Shown here: one piece after another, positions 40,068-54,300 of the stretch
Layout of the letters: every line of letters starts with the position of its first letter
Numbering within the stretch: position 1 is the first letter of the stretch
Source of the DNA: Hormiphora californensis
Lineage: Eukaryota; Animalia; Ctenophora
Assembly: GCA_020137815.1 (NCBI GenBank)
Contig: CM035352.1
Span: forward strand, 6,076,001-6,140,000
DNA length: 64,000 nucleotides
Direction: 5' to 3'
Position numbers and translations under genes: made by a program
The notes under the pieces: generated by a model
What the model was told of the DNA's origin: nothing
The model's database searches: none
Seen by the model: only the letters and a program-made list of their open reading frames with translations

Positions 40068-40571
40068 TTAAACCCTAGTTTCAGTCGGAACAGAACTATA
40101 ATTGAAAAGGTTTCGTAACTCTTGTCTTCTCAGCAAAAGAGGTGCTAGTAACGGGAAAATAATAAGAAGGTAAAACAAGTACAGCATAGAAGTTTGTTTC
40201 TCTTTATATACTGATACATGAGACTCAAAATGTGAATTTGAAATCAATGCATTGAAACCGCAGAATATGGTTATGTTCAACGGTTTTTCTGCCCTCGCAT
40301 ACTCTCCTTCACTCATAACTAATTCCATCATAGTCCCGTTTACAGTACGATCGTGCCAATTAAAAACAAAGCTATGATTTAACGGAGAAGAGTATAGTTC
40401 AGAACCAAATAATCCTCCTTCCAACAACTGTAGTACATGCGTTGATTCGTTGAGATAAAGGTAGCCATACGTTTCATTTTCTCCTCCAATCAGCATGTAG
40501 TTTTCACAGAGCTCTGAGTTGAATACAATGGAGAAGTTTAAAAGTGCAACATGAGCAAAGCTGATCATCAT
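40068..40571 (-). CDS. Putative type I membrane glycoprotein (167 aa)
   Basis: Hydrophobic N-terminus, multiple N-x-S/T sequons (NET, NES, NHS, NGT, NIT), TM segment MLYLFYLLIIFPLLAPLLL followed by RRQ, and a short tail. Confidence 0.7.
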   Translation of the reverse strand: MMISFAHVALLNFSIVFNSELCENYMLIGGENETYGYLYLNESTHVLQLLEGGLFGSELYSSPLNHSFVFNWHDRTVNGTMMELVMSEGEYARAEKPLNITIFCGFNALISNSHFESHVSVYKEKQTSMLYLFYLLIIFPLLAPLLLRRQELRNLFNYSSVPTETRV

Positions 40572-41039
40572 GAAATGAGACGGTAGAATAAAAAACTCAT
40601 GTCTATTCACTTTTCGCGTTGCTTACAGGTTTCTATAGCTCAACATATTTTGTTTGCCAATGAGTTGATAACGTTAGCATAAGGTAATGGTGTCTTTGAC
40701 ATCTTTTCAGCAACGTACAGCTATAGCAAAAGACCCTAGGTTTCTTTGACCTATTGGAATAAAACGATAACAAGGCGAAAGAGGACATATTAGATCAATA
40801 TTTGTGAAAAAATGGTTGGTTAAATTGTTTCACGTGTTTATTAACGCGTTGCCATTTAACCAACATAACGCTTTGTTTTCTCATTTCCAGTTTTTTTATT
40901 TTCTGTTGTGCGTCGCCAGTTGTTTTTTTTGCAGCTCATGATCCCAAAGAGATAGCACCTCGATTACACACGCATTATATGGGCTACCTTTGCGCTTGCC
41001 AGCGCAGTGATGTATTGTATAGAATATTTAGCATAACTG

Positions 41040-41923
41040 TATGGTACTGTATGGTACTGTAGGGTACTAGTAGGGTACTGTTGGGTATTAGTAGGGTACT
41101 GTAGGGTACTAGTAGGGTACTAGTATGGTACTGCAGGTTACTAGTATGGTACTGTAGGGTACTAGTAGGGTACTAGTAGGGTACTAGTATGGTACTGCAG
41201 GGTACTAGTAGGGTACATACATTACATTGCATATTGCTAGTACGGTGCTAGCACGGTGTTAGTATGGTACACCTGAGGAGGGGGAAAATATGCGAATTTT
41301 GCATAAATTGGATAATAATAAAGGGTTTTTAGTATACCGCTCAGTCCAGACAGGGCTGGATCATTGACATGAGTCCAACACTGCCCAGATTCAGAGCGGT
41401 ACACCAAGGTTGCTAATATCCTGACTCACTTAGAACAAAATAGACACATCTACTGATTATATACTCCAAAAATTGAAAAAAGCCTAAGGAAAAACGGGAC
41501 ACATAAACTTCTGGAAAACAACTTGTTAGCTGAAATTAAATAACAGACTATAAATCGAGATAAAGAAACAAAGCCAGTAGCCCTCATGCTACAAACAAAA
41601 GTCAGCCCAACTGCATCAGCAGCCCCCCTGCTATAATAGCCCTAGGAAGGGAAATAGTAAGGAATTGCTATGCTAGAATTGCCTGCTCGACACGGGAAAG
41701 GGGAAGGATAGGACACCTCCGATTACAACTCTGAAGCAGATCCGAATGCCTCCTGAAACAACCTTGTCTTTAGTCTTGTGTAATTACATAATTATGCATA
41801 ATTAAACATAATTATGTAATTATTCGAAGTGTAGTAGGGGCGTTACAGGGGATGACGTCACAACAGTGACGTCATCCCCTGTGACGTCATTGCCTGTGCT
41901 CGTTTCCTACAATTCCAACTACT
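41040..41923 (-). repeat. Polinton right TIR, interrupted at 41317-41780
   Basis: Reverse complement of the left TIR, with about 2 differences seen in the core. Confidence 0.92.
41317..41780 (-). mobile_element. 5'-truncated L2-like LINE 3' end inserted in the Polinton right TIR
   Basis: Minus strand begins TRLKTRLFQEAF..* (LINE ORF2 C-terminal motif). It ends in a TACCGCTC...GAGCGGTA stem and a TTATTATTA tail. TAAT is duplicated at the junctions. Confidence 0.7.
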
Positions 41924-42531
41924 GGCTATTTCTAGAATTCAGTCAAAAAGCCCTTTTTTCACTTTGAATTACTGTGGCTCGGGACCTAGTCGGTCTTTTA
42001 TCAAGATTTAGCGCTCAAAATATGAATTAAACCATGCTCTATATGACCCTGAAGTTATTTGGTGGTTTTGGGTATCTTAGAAGGTCTAAAATTGAAGTTG
42101 AAAAAAGTCGTGCAAATACGAGCAAATTTTTCTGGCTTTTGGGGCCATATTTCGAGCAATTATTAGCCTCCTACTCCACTCCCGCAACTTTTTCGGCTCA
42201 AAATTGGTTGTTTGCGATGACAACAGCTAATAGAATGAACTACTTCATGAGCAAAATAGGTCGTTTTCCAAAATTGTTGCTTGCATTTTGACGATTTTTT
42301 GGAAAGTGAGACGGTAGTATGGTCAAACACTAGAAAATGGGGTGTAGCCTTGGGGAAAAGTTCGTCAGATCTTTACCAAGGATGTTAGGATACCAAAATT
42401 GTGTCAGGAACTAGGTACTATAAAAATTTTATTGCCCCGATGAACATGAAGCAACTAAATCGCAATTGAAAATCATTATGAATCACTCTAATATATTCTA
42501 GATCTGGTTAATAAAGCTGGTTATAAATTAT

Positions 42532-42951
42532 GGCGGCAGGGTGGTGTAGTGGCCAGTACACTCGCCTTCCATGCATTAGGTCCAGGGTTCGATCCTGGTC
42601 TAGCGCATGTCGTCTAGTCCACCAAGCTATGATTGGTAGGGGCTCTCTTGAGAGACCCGAAAGCAACACGAGTGTGTATGTTGTGGGGTGGCGCCTGGCT
42701 ACGCTGCAGAGTAAATCTGTACCGGAAGGACCGTGGCTGAACGTTATTGAAAGGGATATCAGCACCCCCGGCACTGGAATTATCTTAGCCGTCCTGCTTT
42801 GCTTTGTTATAAATTCCCTGGAAGTGAAAACATGCATGTGGGTTGGTGGACTACGTTGCCCGTTTGGTGAGTCCAGAGGGTCAACTGCATCGTCAGGACT
42901 CAGGGTGGTACCGGCCGTACCCCGTGATCGTGTTTTCATTGACAATTGACA
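42532..42951 (+). mobile_element. tRNA-derived SINE
   Basis: A box TGGTGTAGTGG, B box GGTTCGATCC, central GTCCACCAAGCT and 3' (ATTGACA)2. Confidence 0.7.
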
Positions 42952-44323
42952 GTGCAGGCGTCTCTATTAGAGACGCCTACATTAGATCATTAGAGACTCT
43001 CTAATTATCATAATTTCCACAGTTGCCAATATAAAACAACAGTGGTTTATCTATTCTTTTGTTAGCTGATACCTATTGGCAATACGTCCTATATTGTCAG
43101 ACACTGACTGTACATCGCGCAACCTCGATGCACAGTCAGACCCCAAACACAGCTTTAGAACGCGCAAAGATCAACACGCGGCGCGGTTTACACATTTTCA
43201 ACACTTGTTCTTGTAAAAAAAGCTTCGCGCGACTTTCCCACGGTGCGTGGGAAAAGTGAGAGACGCATTTAGGCTAACGAGAGAGAAGAGTAGGCGCACG
43301 ATAGCACTTGCTTTGCGCGTCGCGACTCAGAAACAAGTAGACTCTTTGGGGTAAGACCGTCCTCGCTACGCGAGGCCGCTACGCGGCCTCACGTAGCCGC
43401 ACCGGGCCTTCGGCCCGGTGCGGAGAGGACGGTCTTATATGAGACAAGTCCTATACTGGCTATAGTTAATCACTATTAGTTATAGCTATTGCCTCTGAGT
43501 GGGCAGACGAATATCATGGAAATGTTTTATATTATTGCATCTCTACCACGTATGCTCGTGAGAAAAGTTTTTTCCTACCAGTAACATGCAGTTACGTACC
43601 CGTAGCTGCAGCAGCACCGCATACAACAAGCCCCCAGACGGCTTGGAAGCACTAACCGTGACGTCATTGATCACGTGTCCAACGCACTCTCTCTCTCACG
43701 TGGGTCATGAGGAACATATCATGTAGCGTATGTTGCATAACAAGCATCAAAACGAGTTGTATCCGTTATTATATGCATACAATATTGGTGTGTGTTAGTA
43801 AAGTTAGGCACGTACAACGAATCTGTGTCCCACAGTTGGCTCTCGGTGGGTTCTGTCAACCCTTTTGATATGTTTGAGACATTTCCCGTTGGTGTAATGT
43901 GATATATGCGAAAAAGACAGATCCCTCGATTTACGATCGATACGATTGCCCCAGTTCTAATACTATATAGTATATTACAATTTATAACTAAACGTTTAAT
44001 CAAAACACCTGAACTAGATTGCTCATAATATATAAAAAGAAAGCCCAGAATGAGGGGGGCGTTCCTTATCGTCCTATTAATTGGGGAGACTCTATCGTTT
44101 TGTAAGTGTTTATAATATTTTACATTTTATTGGGAAATCAGATAGGAAATAGTAGTCCATGATTTTGATTTCTTTACTACAAGCGAAGTCCTAGTTACGA
44201 AAAATTGTTCAATATATCGCTTTGAAAGTATACATTGTTTACAATAAAAATGCTAGTGAAAAAGTGTAAAAGTATACTTGCGAGACTCAATGAATCAATG
44301 AATCAATGATTTTGTAATTTCAG

Positions 44324-45270
44324 CCCTGGACGGCTCTGGTACAGGAAACACCGATAGTGATATTGAATGTGGCAGCACCCAAGTTGCGGTTGATGGAGAA
44401 TGCCGTGAGTTTAGTCTTTTTGTCTTTTTCTTGTTTCACATAATATAATTTGTCCCACTTTATTAGTAATCCAACAATATTGGTACTCTCACTTTATTAA
44501 AGTAATCCCAGTGCTTTCTAAGGTTTTATTTTCAGGAACATGTATTGAAGGCACATATATTGGATCGGATGATTGCTACGATTGCCCTATCGGCACCTAC
44601 AGTATTATAGAGGGAGCCACGAGTTGTACCAGTTGTACCGGTGGCAATTCCACTATATCCACTGGATCTGATAGTGAGGATTACTGCGTCGGTTAGTACA
44701 ACCCACCAGGGGGGAGGGGGTCCCCCACCTCGTCCCTCAGCTGTCATCAGCATTCCTCACAAGTCACAACTCTCTAAATTTGTTTGCCGTTCCAGTACCA
44801 AACATATAAACTTTAAACAGAGGTGTGCACGGTATACGCTTGGGATTACGCTACAACAACGCCGGTGGCCGGAACGAACGTTATAGCCGGTGCTTCGATA
44901 ACCCATCTGTGTTCCGATGGAGCCGTCTACGAGGGGAGCAACTCTTACACGGAGACCTGCGATCCAAGCACCTTCGACGATTACACCAAATCGTGCCGAA
45001 GTGAGTAAAATTGTCCATTTTATCTTTATGTATCTAGCTGATGTGCTTTCATCAAAACGGTGCACCCTGAGAAACATATAATCTCCCTGATTAACTACAC
45101 TTCCACCCTCAGCTGTGTCTGCGGAAGTTGACGACGTGAACGTGATACCGGGCGAGGATGTTACGTTTAGTTGTGTTATCCAAAGCACACAGGAACCTAC
45201 ATCCTGTGATTTGACAATTGGGTCAACAACTGCTACCGTCTCTCCCACGTGAGTTTATTTTGTGTGAGAC

Positions 45271-45313
<43 letters not shown>

Positions 45314-48300
45314 CAGAGACAGAGAGACAGAGAGACAGAGAGACAGAGAGACAGAGAGACAGAGAGACAGAGAGACAGAGAGACAGAGAGACAGAGAGAC
45401 AGAGAGACAGAGACAGAGACAGACAGAGAGACAGAGAGACAGAGACAGAGACAGAGACAGAGACAGAGACAGAGACAGAGACAGAGACAGAGACAGAGAC
45501 AGAGACAGAGACAGAGACAGAGACAGTACGCACACAGATATCCACAGTGAAAAAAATGACTATCTTTGATTGGACTGACATGATAGTACAGCTTCTGTTG
45601 GCTTTTAAAACGTTTTAAATAATGCTTATATCCCGAGTTGTTGTCCCCCTTACTCAACAAATCCCGAGATAATTTGAATTTATCAAATGAAACGGTTATT
45701 GACTGCGGCTCATGATGGATTTGAATATTAGTGGAGATTGTTTATAAACAATCTCGGGTTGTTTGAACATGATTATTTAAAAGGATTCTTTTTTCAAAGA
45801 GGTCCGTCCATACTCCATATGATAAATGATTGCGGAGAATGGATATATTGATTCACTAAAGAAAAATAAAAAACTGAGTATTAGGGGAAATCACATATTC
45901 GTGCACGGATTTTCAGCGGAGGGAAATCACACTGGTTGCAATGTAATTTGTGTCAATGCTCTGCAAGAATCCCGTGTGGCGGTCGTGCTCAGCAGGTTTT
46001 ACCCCGAAATCCGAATTGTGTCAGAAAATTTCACACTTAGAGCGTTGTACGCGATTTCCAGCCAGCAGCAGTGTGATTTTACTCTGCTGGGATTCCGTGC
46101 ATTTGGTGTGATTTCCCCTAACTAGATACATATAGATGGTCTAAGCGATACAGTTTCCCTGTCCAGCTATACAGGTCTGCCACAAATTATGCCACAAATT
46201 ATGTTTTCACACCTCACAGGTATGTACCGGAAGACGGCGATGCCGATGCCTACTATCTTTGCTTTTCGGACGTTACTATAGCAACGTACAACAATGATTT
46301 CTCATGTGTCGTGAATTATACTGACGGTACAGCTGAGAATGTATATGAGGACATCAACACTCTCGGTAAGGGGCATACTAACCCATAATATGATTGGTTT
46401 TATAACTTTGTGATGTAATTTACTTTTCTCTTTAGAATTATCACATGCATAATATATGATATAAAATATAATATATACCAATATAGTTAGAACTCAGAGT
46501 CTAACAGACGAGGCATTGTTTAACGGGCCTTTTGTCTATAGCATAATCCATTATTCTTTTTTCAAGTAGAAAACATGCGAAACCGCAATCTCTTCTACGT
46601 CAATGTAGCTCCAAGATCATTCATAGACTCCGATCTAACAAAGTTTAACAAAGTTATATGAAGCAATTTAATATCTGTTAATATATGCCCCCCCCCCCCC
46701 CGTACTATGACCGCAACGTGACTATTATATATAACTAGAAAGCCCATTGAAGTCCTGCAACAGCCCCCCCCCCCCACCCGTCTCTATGCCCCCCCCCCCC
46801 CTCTTACTCTGAATAACATGTAGAATCAGTCAGGTGATAAAGATCCGTAGAATTGTAGCTGTGTAGAGAATCAACGGGGTACGTAGGTAGAAAGGCTTTG
46901 GCAATCATGGCAGTAGATCCCAAAACACCACAGGTTAACACACAACAAACAACCAACAACATGCACGTGCAGTATCCCCCCAAAACCTCCAATACCCCTC
47001 CCAAGCCACCTCCCAGGGCAACCCCCCACTATTTGCACGTGATGATAGGACATACTCATCACCACGCCACGCATTTGCTTAATTATAATAAGGACTAGAA
47101 AGCCCATTGTTAAGTCCTACAACAGCCCCCCCCCCCACCCGTCTTTATGTCTCTCCCCCCCCCCCTCTTACTGTTCGTCTCTCCATGTCGGGGTAAAGAA
47201 TACGAAGGTTGGTAGTGGTAGAGCGCTGGTGATAAACATCAAGGGAAATACCGCTGAATAACATGTAGAATCAGGCGATAAAGATCCGTAGAATTGTAGC
47301 TGTGTAGAGAATCAACGGGGTACGTAGGTAGAAAGGCTTTGGCAATCATGGCGGTAGATCCCAAAACACCACGAAACACCACAGGAACACGCAACAAACA
47401 ACAAACAACATGCACGTGCAGTATCCCCCCTCCAATACCCCTCCCAAGCCACCTCCTTGGCAACCCCCACCATTTGCACGTGGGATACTACATCACCCTC
47501 CTCACTACGACGTTCATTTGTACTTTATAATATAGATAGTCACGTTGCGGTCCTTCTAACCACGAAGAGGGCAGTCTTTTGTGAGACAAGCCTTATTGTA
47601 TGTACTATAATAAAAAGAAGATAATAAAAGATAACCCATGCCAAAGAATGAGTAACTTCTGATATACCTACTCTAAACAGGGTATCCGGTATATCCATGA
47701 TTCGTACCGATTACAACGTCCTTTATTGTTTCAGGTGTAAATATAACAGCGGATAATGTAGATGTGCAGACTTCCGAGCTATGGGTAAAGAAGGGCGATG
47801 CTTTTTCTTTTACCTGCTCCTATGTTGCAAAGATCGACTGCTCCGGGTGTACCGATGATGCACACTTTTTTCACGACGGAGATGCTATCGATGGTATGTA
47901 GTTTCCGAATTGGTAAAGTTCTAAGTGGTTTCGGCTGTGAGTTGGTAGATTGGCTCCAAAAAATGCTTAAAACTCCTGAAAAAATCCAAAAAAATAAGAT
48001 AAAATAAAAGTTTTAGGTATATAATATGTATGACCGAATATATAATGACATATGATATTGTTTAGATGACTCTCTGGTGTTTGGGGATGAGGTGTTCTAC
48101 TATACAGTATACACAATGAGTGAAGATGACGAGGGAGACTATTCCTGTGAGGTGTACGGCTCTGTCACCACTGATACCACTATAACTGTACACATGTTTG
48201 GTAAGTCACGACGTGTTGATATCAGCATACAATTTTTATATTTCTGTCCTTCAGTTTCTAACTTTAATCTTATCTTATTCCAAGTCGAAATAAGATAAGA

Positions 48301-51300
48301 TTAAAGATAGAAATTGAAGGACAGAAATACTCCGCGGAATCATATTCCTCGAAAAGCTAAAACTTTCTATGCTTGTCAAGAGTCTATTCCGAGAGTCTAT
48401 TCCGAGAATCAGTGTTAATATTATATTCTGACTAGGGTTGATCCATGAAGCAAGCATACAATTTTTATATTTCTGTCCTTGTTACCTCTGCAGAGTATTC
48501 TGCGGAGCTGTGGTAACAATAGCGTGATTTTTGCTATGGTTGCGAACATAATTATTCGTTAAATGGTATCAAGATTGACAATCAGATCGACAGATCGGTT
48601 TGGCGCCGCCAAACAGTCGATCATGAGAGAGAACTATAATAAATATTAAATAATGAATTCCCTGCCTCAGAAATGATGGATTGGAGCGACTCGGTGTACA
48701 TACAGTCGGGTGACAACACCTCTTTAACCTGCATCGCTCCCAGTCTCGCTACATTCACCTGGACGGGTGCCAATGGAACTGCGGAAACTACTACCACCCT
48801 GAATGGTGGAGTTTACCAGTACGTGTGATATAGGGCGTGATACAGGGATCATGCAGGGGTGTTTATGATCATGTGTCATTAGGATCAGATAATATTGTGT
48901 TGAATAAAAACCATCAAGGCTTTGTTATATATAAAGTTTAGTAATGATCATCAAATATTTTCTTGTTGTCGAATATCACGAAACTTTGGAATTGACATAG
49001 AAAATACCCAAAAAACATTCTAGCAAAGTTTCAGCACCAGCAAAAAATTCCTTCTGGTAGTTTTGATGCCAAAAACACACTTCCAGGGGTATTAGAGCTC
49101 CGGAAACACCAGGAACCTTGAATGAGGGTATAGAATAGTCCAAGTATGAATTTTCATAAGCTAATTTTGTCAACTTTTTTCTGGGTGAAGCCCAACGCTT
49201 GTAAAGATCCCATATGAACACCCTGTATGAGACAGGTTCAAACTTTAGGTAAACAAACATGGTCAATGTTCAATTTCAGGACAAAGAGTGTGTATACGGT
49301 GACTGGTTTATACAGTGACACAGACTACACCTGTTCAGCCTCCAGTCAGAACTGCACAGGGTGTACTTCAACCAAAACTATGAGTGTAATCATCACCGGT
49401 ACGTGCAGATATGTATGATTTTATCAACATGCAATGTCATAATATAATGTTAACACTCTTGTTGTCATGGTAACACTCTTGTTGCCATGGTAACACTCTT
49501 GTTGCCATGGTAACACTCTTGTTGCCATGGTAACACTCTTGTTGCCATGGTAACACTCTTGTTGCCATGGTAACACTCTTGTTGCCACGGTAACACTCTT
49601 GTTGCCACGGTAACACTCTTGTTGCTATGGTGACACTCTTGTTGCCATGGTAACACTCTTAATACAACTCACGTTACTATTAGAGGTTGGATTCCTCGAA
49701 TATCCTGAGGATGAGAATCTGGGGGAAGGTGATGCTTTAACACTATCGTGTGTCCTTGATACTCCCAGTGGTGACTACTCAGCCATAAACTATATTCGCT
49801 GGTAGGTTCCCTAATTTTTCTGATCATCCCACGCGAAGGTCACATATTTATTAACGGTTAACCACGCCCCTTGTTCTAGGTATGTTAACGATAACAGATA
49901 CGACACGAATATAGTGGACACTGCGTATAGTGATGCCAATGTCACCTCTGTACTGGTAATTGATTCGGTGGATGCAGATTATAGTGGGTCGTATAAATGT
50001 GTTGCAGAGTACAATAACACTGGAAATTTATACGTGGAATCTGATTTTGGATATGTTACAGTTGAAGGTATAATATATCGAATAACAATATCCAGTTTAT
50101 CATTCAGTTTGTATGATCGAAATCGAGTAAATTACACAAATTGGTTGATTGTGTACAATTTCTTGCTTGTGATGTTCTAACCCGAGCAAGGCAACTTTCT
50201 TCCGTTATGAAATGAAACATCATGTCCTCCTACCGCGTGTATCCATGATTGATATATGTACCTCCTATAACAGTTGTATCCACGGATATTTCCTCCGACT
50301 CCTCCTTTGGTACAAGTGGAGGTAGTTTCACCTTCACTGTCGTGTTCTCCGGATCCCCTGATGTCATCGTGTGGGAGGTAGCATCCCTCTTTACCGGCGC
50401 AGAATACACCACAGTCACAAACGGTAATACTGCAATATCAAACCCAATCTAATAAGCCCTTCGTTGGGGTTTTATTAACTTCAAACGACCATATATATCT
50501 CTCTGGTGTGTGAGATGTGTGTACCACTACCTATAAAACCGTGTTAATATAAACTGATAACTATCCCGTGTACGGCAGGGACGGCAACATATACACTATA
50601 CACTACACACTACATACACTACACACTATATACACTATACTGTACACTAAACAGGGACGGCAACATATAGTGATGAGATGACGAATGGTGTGAACAAGCG
50701 GACCTCAACCCTGGTACTACCATCCCTTGTTACTACCGATGAGGGCCTCTACCGGTGTACCGGCAACTACTCCACTACAGGAACTACAACACAGTCACAA
50801 GCCTCCATTCTCTATGTATACTGTAAGTAGACATGCAGCTAGTGTTCTTGAATGCTGTAGTATTATATCGGTGTCTAGATCTAGCAATATATTAGTTGAT
50901 AGATGCATTAACTCACAACAATTCCAGATATGGAGCCAGATGGAGACCAGTATGCCATATCAGGGGGATCACAACCTGTTGTCATTTACATCAATATATA
51001 CGCACAGGAAGAGCCCACCTCAGTGTCTTTACAGGCAGATGGTTCAATAATTCAGGTACCATATATGGTGGGGGGACCCGGGGGTATGTAGGGCACAGTC
51101 CAGTTAGCAAGGGGTTACGTTGATGATGTTGTTTGGATAATATTTACTATTTATTCGAGTTCCTAAATATGTACAACTCCCTCGCCAGAACTACTATGAG
51201 CTTTCCACTGAACTAACGTCATCCGGAGTATACAAAACAACAATACTTCTAGCAGGATCTTACATTGAAACAGAATCGTTTATCTGTTACGCCTACTTCA

Positions 51301-54300
51301 ATTCTGAAAGCGTCAAAACAGACGCCTTCAGTTTCACTTATCTTGGTATGTATTGTAGGTGGAACACTATATGTGCTTTGAATTGTTCATACTTTATTCA
51401 TATTAATATTATGCTCCACGTTGCAATGCCAATATCATTTTACCCTGTCATGTATAACAGGGTATCTGGGTATGAGCCACTTTTAGATTCAAGAGAAATG
51501 AGAATCACACAGCACGGTGCACCAGAAGGATCGTCAACCCAAAGTTGAGCCCGCAAAACAAACTTTTGTTGGGGGTGACCCAGGAGGCCTTCCTGAACAT
51601 CCCCACGGTGAGAAAAGTATATGTTATCGGGGAAAATTTTTGTCAAAATCGAAAAAACTGGTTTTTGGTCCAAATTTGTGCATAACTTACTTGACTGCCG
51701 TTTGATGAAATATCTGATTGACATAAAATAAGTATACGAGACCTATTTTTGCACGAGGAATCGATTGCCGGTGGAGAGAAATCTCTAAAATGACCGGAAA
51801 ATTGTCAAATATGGGAATTTTGTCATTTTTTTGAGGTTTTTGGCCCTTTAACCATTGAAAACGTTGAGATAGGAAGTTGGCAATAGCGCCAATCGTTAAA
51901 ATGGTCATTTTTCTACGGGATCCCAAAATTTCATGTATATCCGATTCATGGTTAGATTTTGGCAAACTATTGAGATGTGCTTACTGAAAAAAGGATAACT
52001 TGATTTTCTCGTTTTTTGCGATTTTTTAACTTTTGAAAGAATTCTGATTGAAATGGCCAATCAGGGCCATGCTTAAGTTGTTTATGGGACAATTTTCGAC
52101 CAAAATCCAAGATTTCATGCAAATCCAATGACAGATCATTGATTTATAGAAAGTTGAAATAGGCAAAAAAGGCCAATTTTTACCATGAAAACAAAAATAC
52201 ACATTTTTTTTGTCAATTTCCATTAACAACTGGTACCCTACCTATTTTTTGCACGTAGAATCGATTGCCGGTGGAGTGGATCCTCTTAAATGATTGGAAA
52301 GCGGTCAAAATGCCATTTTTTGGAGGTCCAAAAACTTCCAAAAAATGACATTTCGACCGCTTTCCAATCATTTAAGAGGATCCACTCCACCGGCAATCGA
52401 TTCTACGTGCAAAAAATAGGTAGGGTACCAGTTGTTAATGGAAATTGACAAAAAAAATGTGTATTTTTGTTTTCATGGTAAAAATTGGCCTTTTTTGCCT
52501 ATTTCAACTTTCTATAAATCAATGATCTGTCATTGGATTTGCATGAAATCTTGGATTTTGGTCGAAAATTGTCCCATAAACAACTTAAGCATGGCCCTGA
52601 TTGGCCATTTCAATCAGAATTCTTTCAAAAGTTAAAAAATCGCAAAAAACGAGAAAATCAAGTTATCCTTTTTTCAGTAAGCACATCTCAATAGTTTGCC
52701 AAAATCTAACCATGAATCGGATATACATGAAATTTTGGGATCCCGTAGAAAAATGACCATTTTAACGATTGGCGCTATTGCCAACTTCCTATCTCAACGT
52801 TTTCAATGGTTAAAGGGCCAAAAACCTCAAAAAAATGACAAAATTCCCATATTTGACAATTTTCCGGTCATTTTAGAGATTTCTCTCCACCGGCAATCGA
52901 TTCCTCGTGCAAAAATAGGTCTCGTATACTTATTTTATGTCAATCAGATATTTCATCAAACGGCAGTCAAGTAAGTTATGCACAAATTTGGACCAAAAAC
53001 CAGTTTTTTCGATTTTGACAAAAATTTTCCCCGATAACATATACTTTTCTCACCGTGGGGATGTTCAGGAAGGCCTCCTGGGTCACCCCCAACAAAAGTT
53101 TGTTTTGCGGGCTCAACTTTGGGTTGACGATCCTTCTGGTGCACAGTTTACTCTCTATTTATAGTCGTTTACTGTATAGTAAACAGACCATCCATGGCTT
53201 GTTGGGAAACTAATATGTAACTTTTCTTTAGAGGGTACACCCAGCTACAATGCCGAATATACCTCGTTTAGTGACGACCAACGAACTTTAACTTACAAAT
53301 TCACCTACCCATCGACGATGACCGGGACTCCTAGTATGGACTGGGGGACCACCCTTGATACATCGTGAGTATGGAGGGGTGTTTGTACCTATTCTTCAAT
53401 AGTACGGCCCGGTCGAATGAAATCTAGTCAGGGGTACCAAAATAACCGCCAGACAATTTACACTTCTAATGGATGCAATGTGATCCGAGCAACTTTGCAA
53501 TTGTCTGACGACTTCATGTCAATCTTGAACCCAGAATGTTTGCCTGTCAATATATTCTCTGCATGGTATTATTAGAGAATTGGTAGGCGAACATTTTGGG
53601 TGCACATTTTAAAAATTCACAAATGCAAACTGTAATAGTCTACAAGTACAACACTGTTTTTGTTGTTTCCTATATTTCGATGAGATATGATCAATAAGAA
53701 AATCAAATTCTCTCTAGGAATTACACGGTCCTGAATCAGATTGTTAACGACACGTTTACAAGTACAATAGAGTTTACTGCTCTTGAAGTAGGTAGTCTTG
53801 CATACGTTTCTCCCGTCTTTTCGTATGGAGCGGAAACCCTGATTGAACATGGGCTTGCAACTTTTTATGGGAACACAACTGCCGTCTACTTGATTGGTGG
53901 GTATAATAACTAATTATTATTTAATGTTATACATTCACACATAACTTGTTATTAGCTATCTAATTTAAAACATAACAACGAAGTAAAACAACTACGTATT
54001 TGGTACGCTACAATTGTTTCATCGAAACCCTTACGGGAAACGAATCATCAGGCGACATAAAACATAACAACTATTATAGCTATTATAGACAGAATGACAT
54101 TATTGGTTACATATATCCATGTAATACTTTCATGTTTTCAGGTATCGGTCAATACACCTCTAAGTCTCCTTATACCACCATCACAAGTGGGATGGTTCTC
54201 CCGGGTGAGATGTTTACAGTTAGAGCCAAAGCTTGGGTTCCTTATGGTACCACCGGCAACTGGACAGGGACATGGTATGCAGACGGATCTCCCCTTGAAG

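Noticed and set aside
42532-42610. Functional tRNA gene
   Set aside because: It has A and B boxes but no convincing acceptor stem, and it continues into a SINE-like body and tail.
49451-49660. CRISPR-like array
   Set aside because: Head-to-tail 20-bp minisatellite with no unique spacers and no cas genes, in a eukaryotic context.
51440-53164. Duplicated identical ORFs on opposite strands
   Set aside because: Artefact of the palindromic element; the ORFs have no protein-like features.
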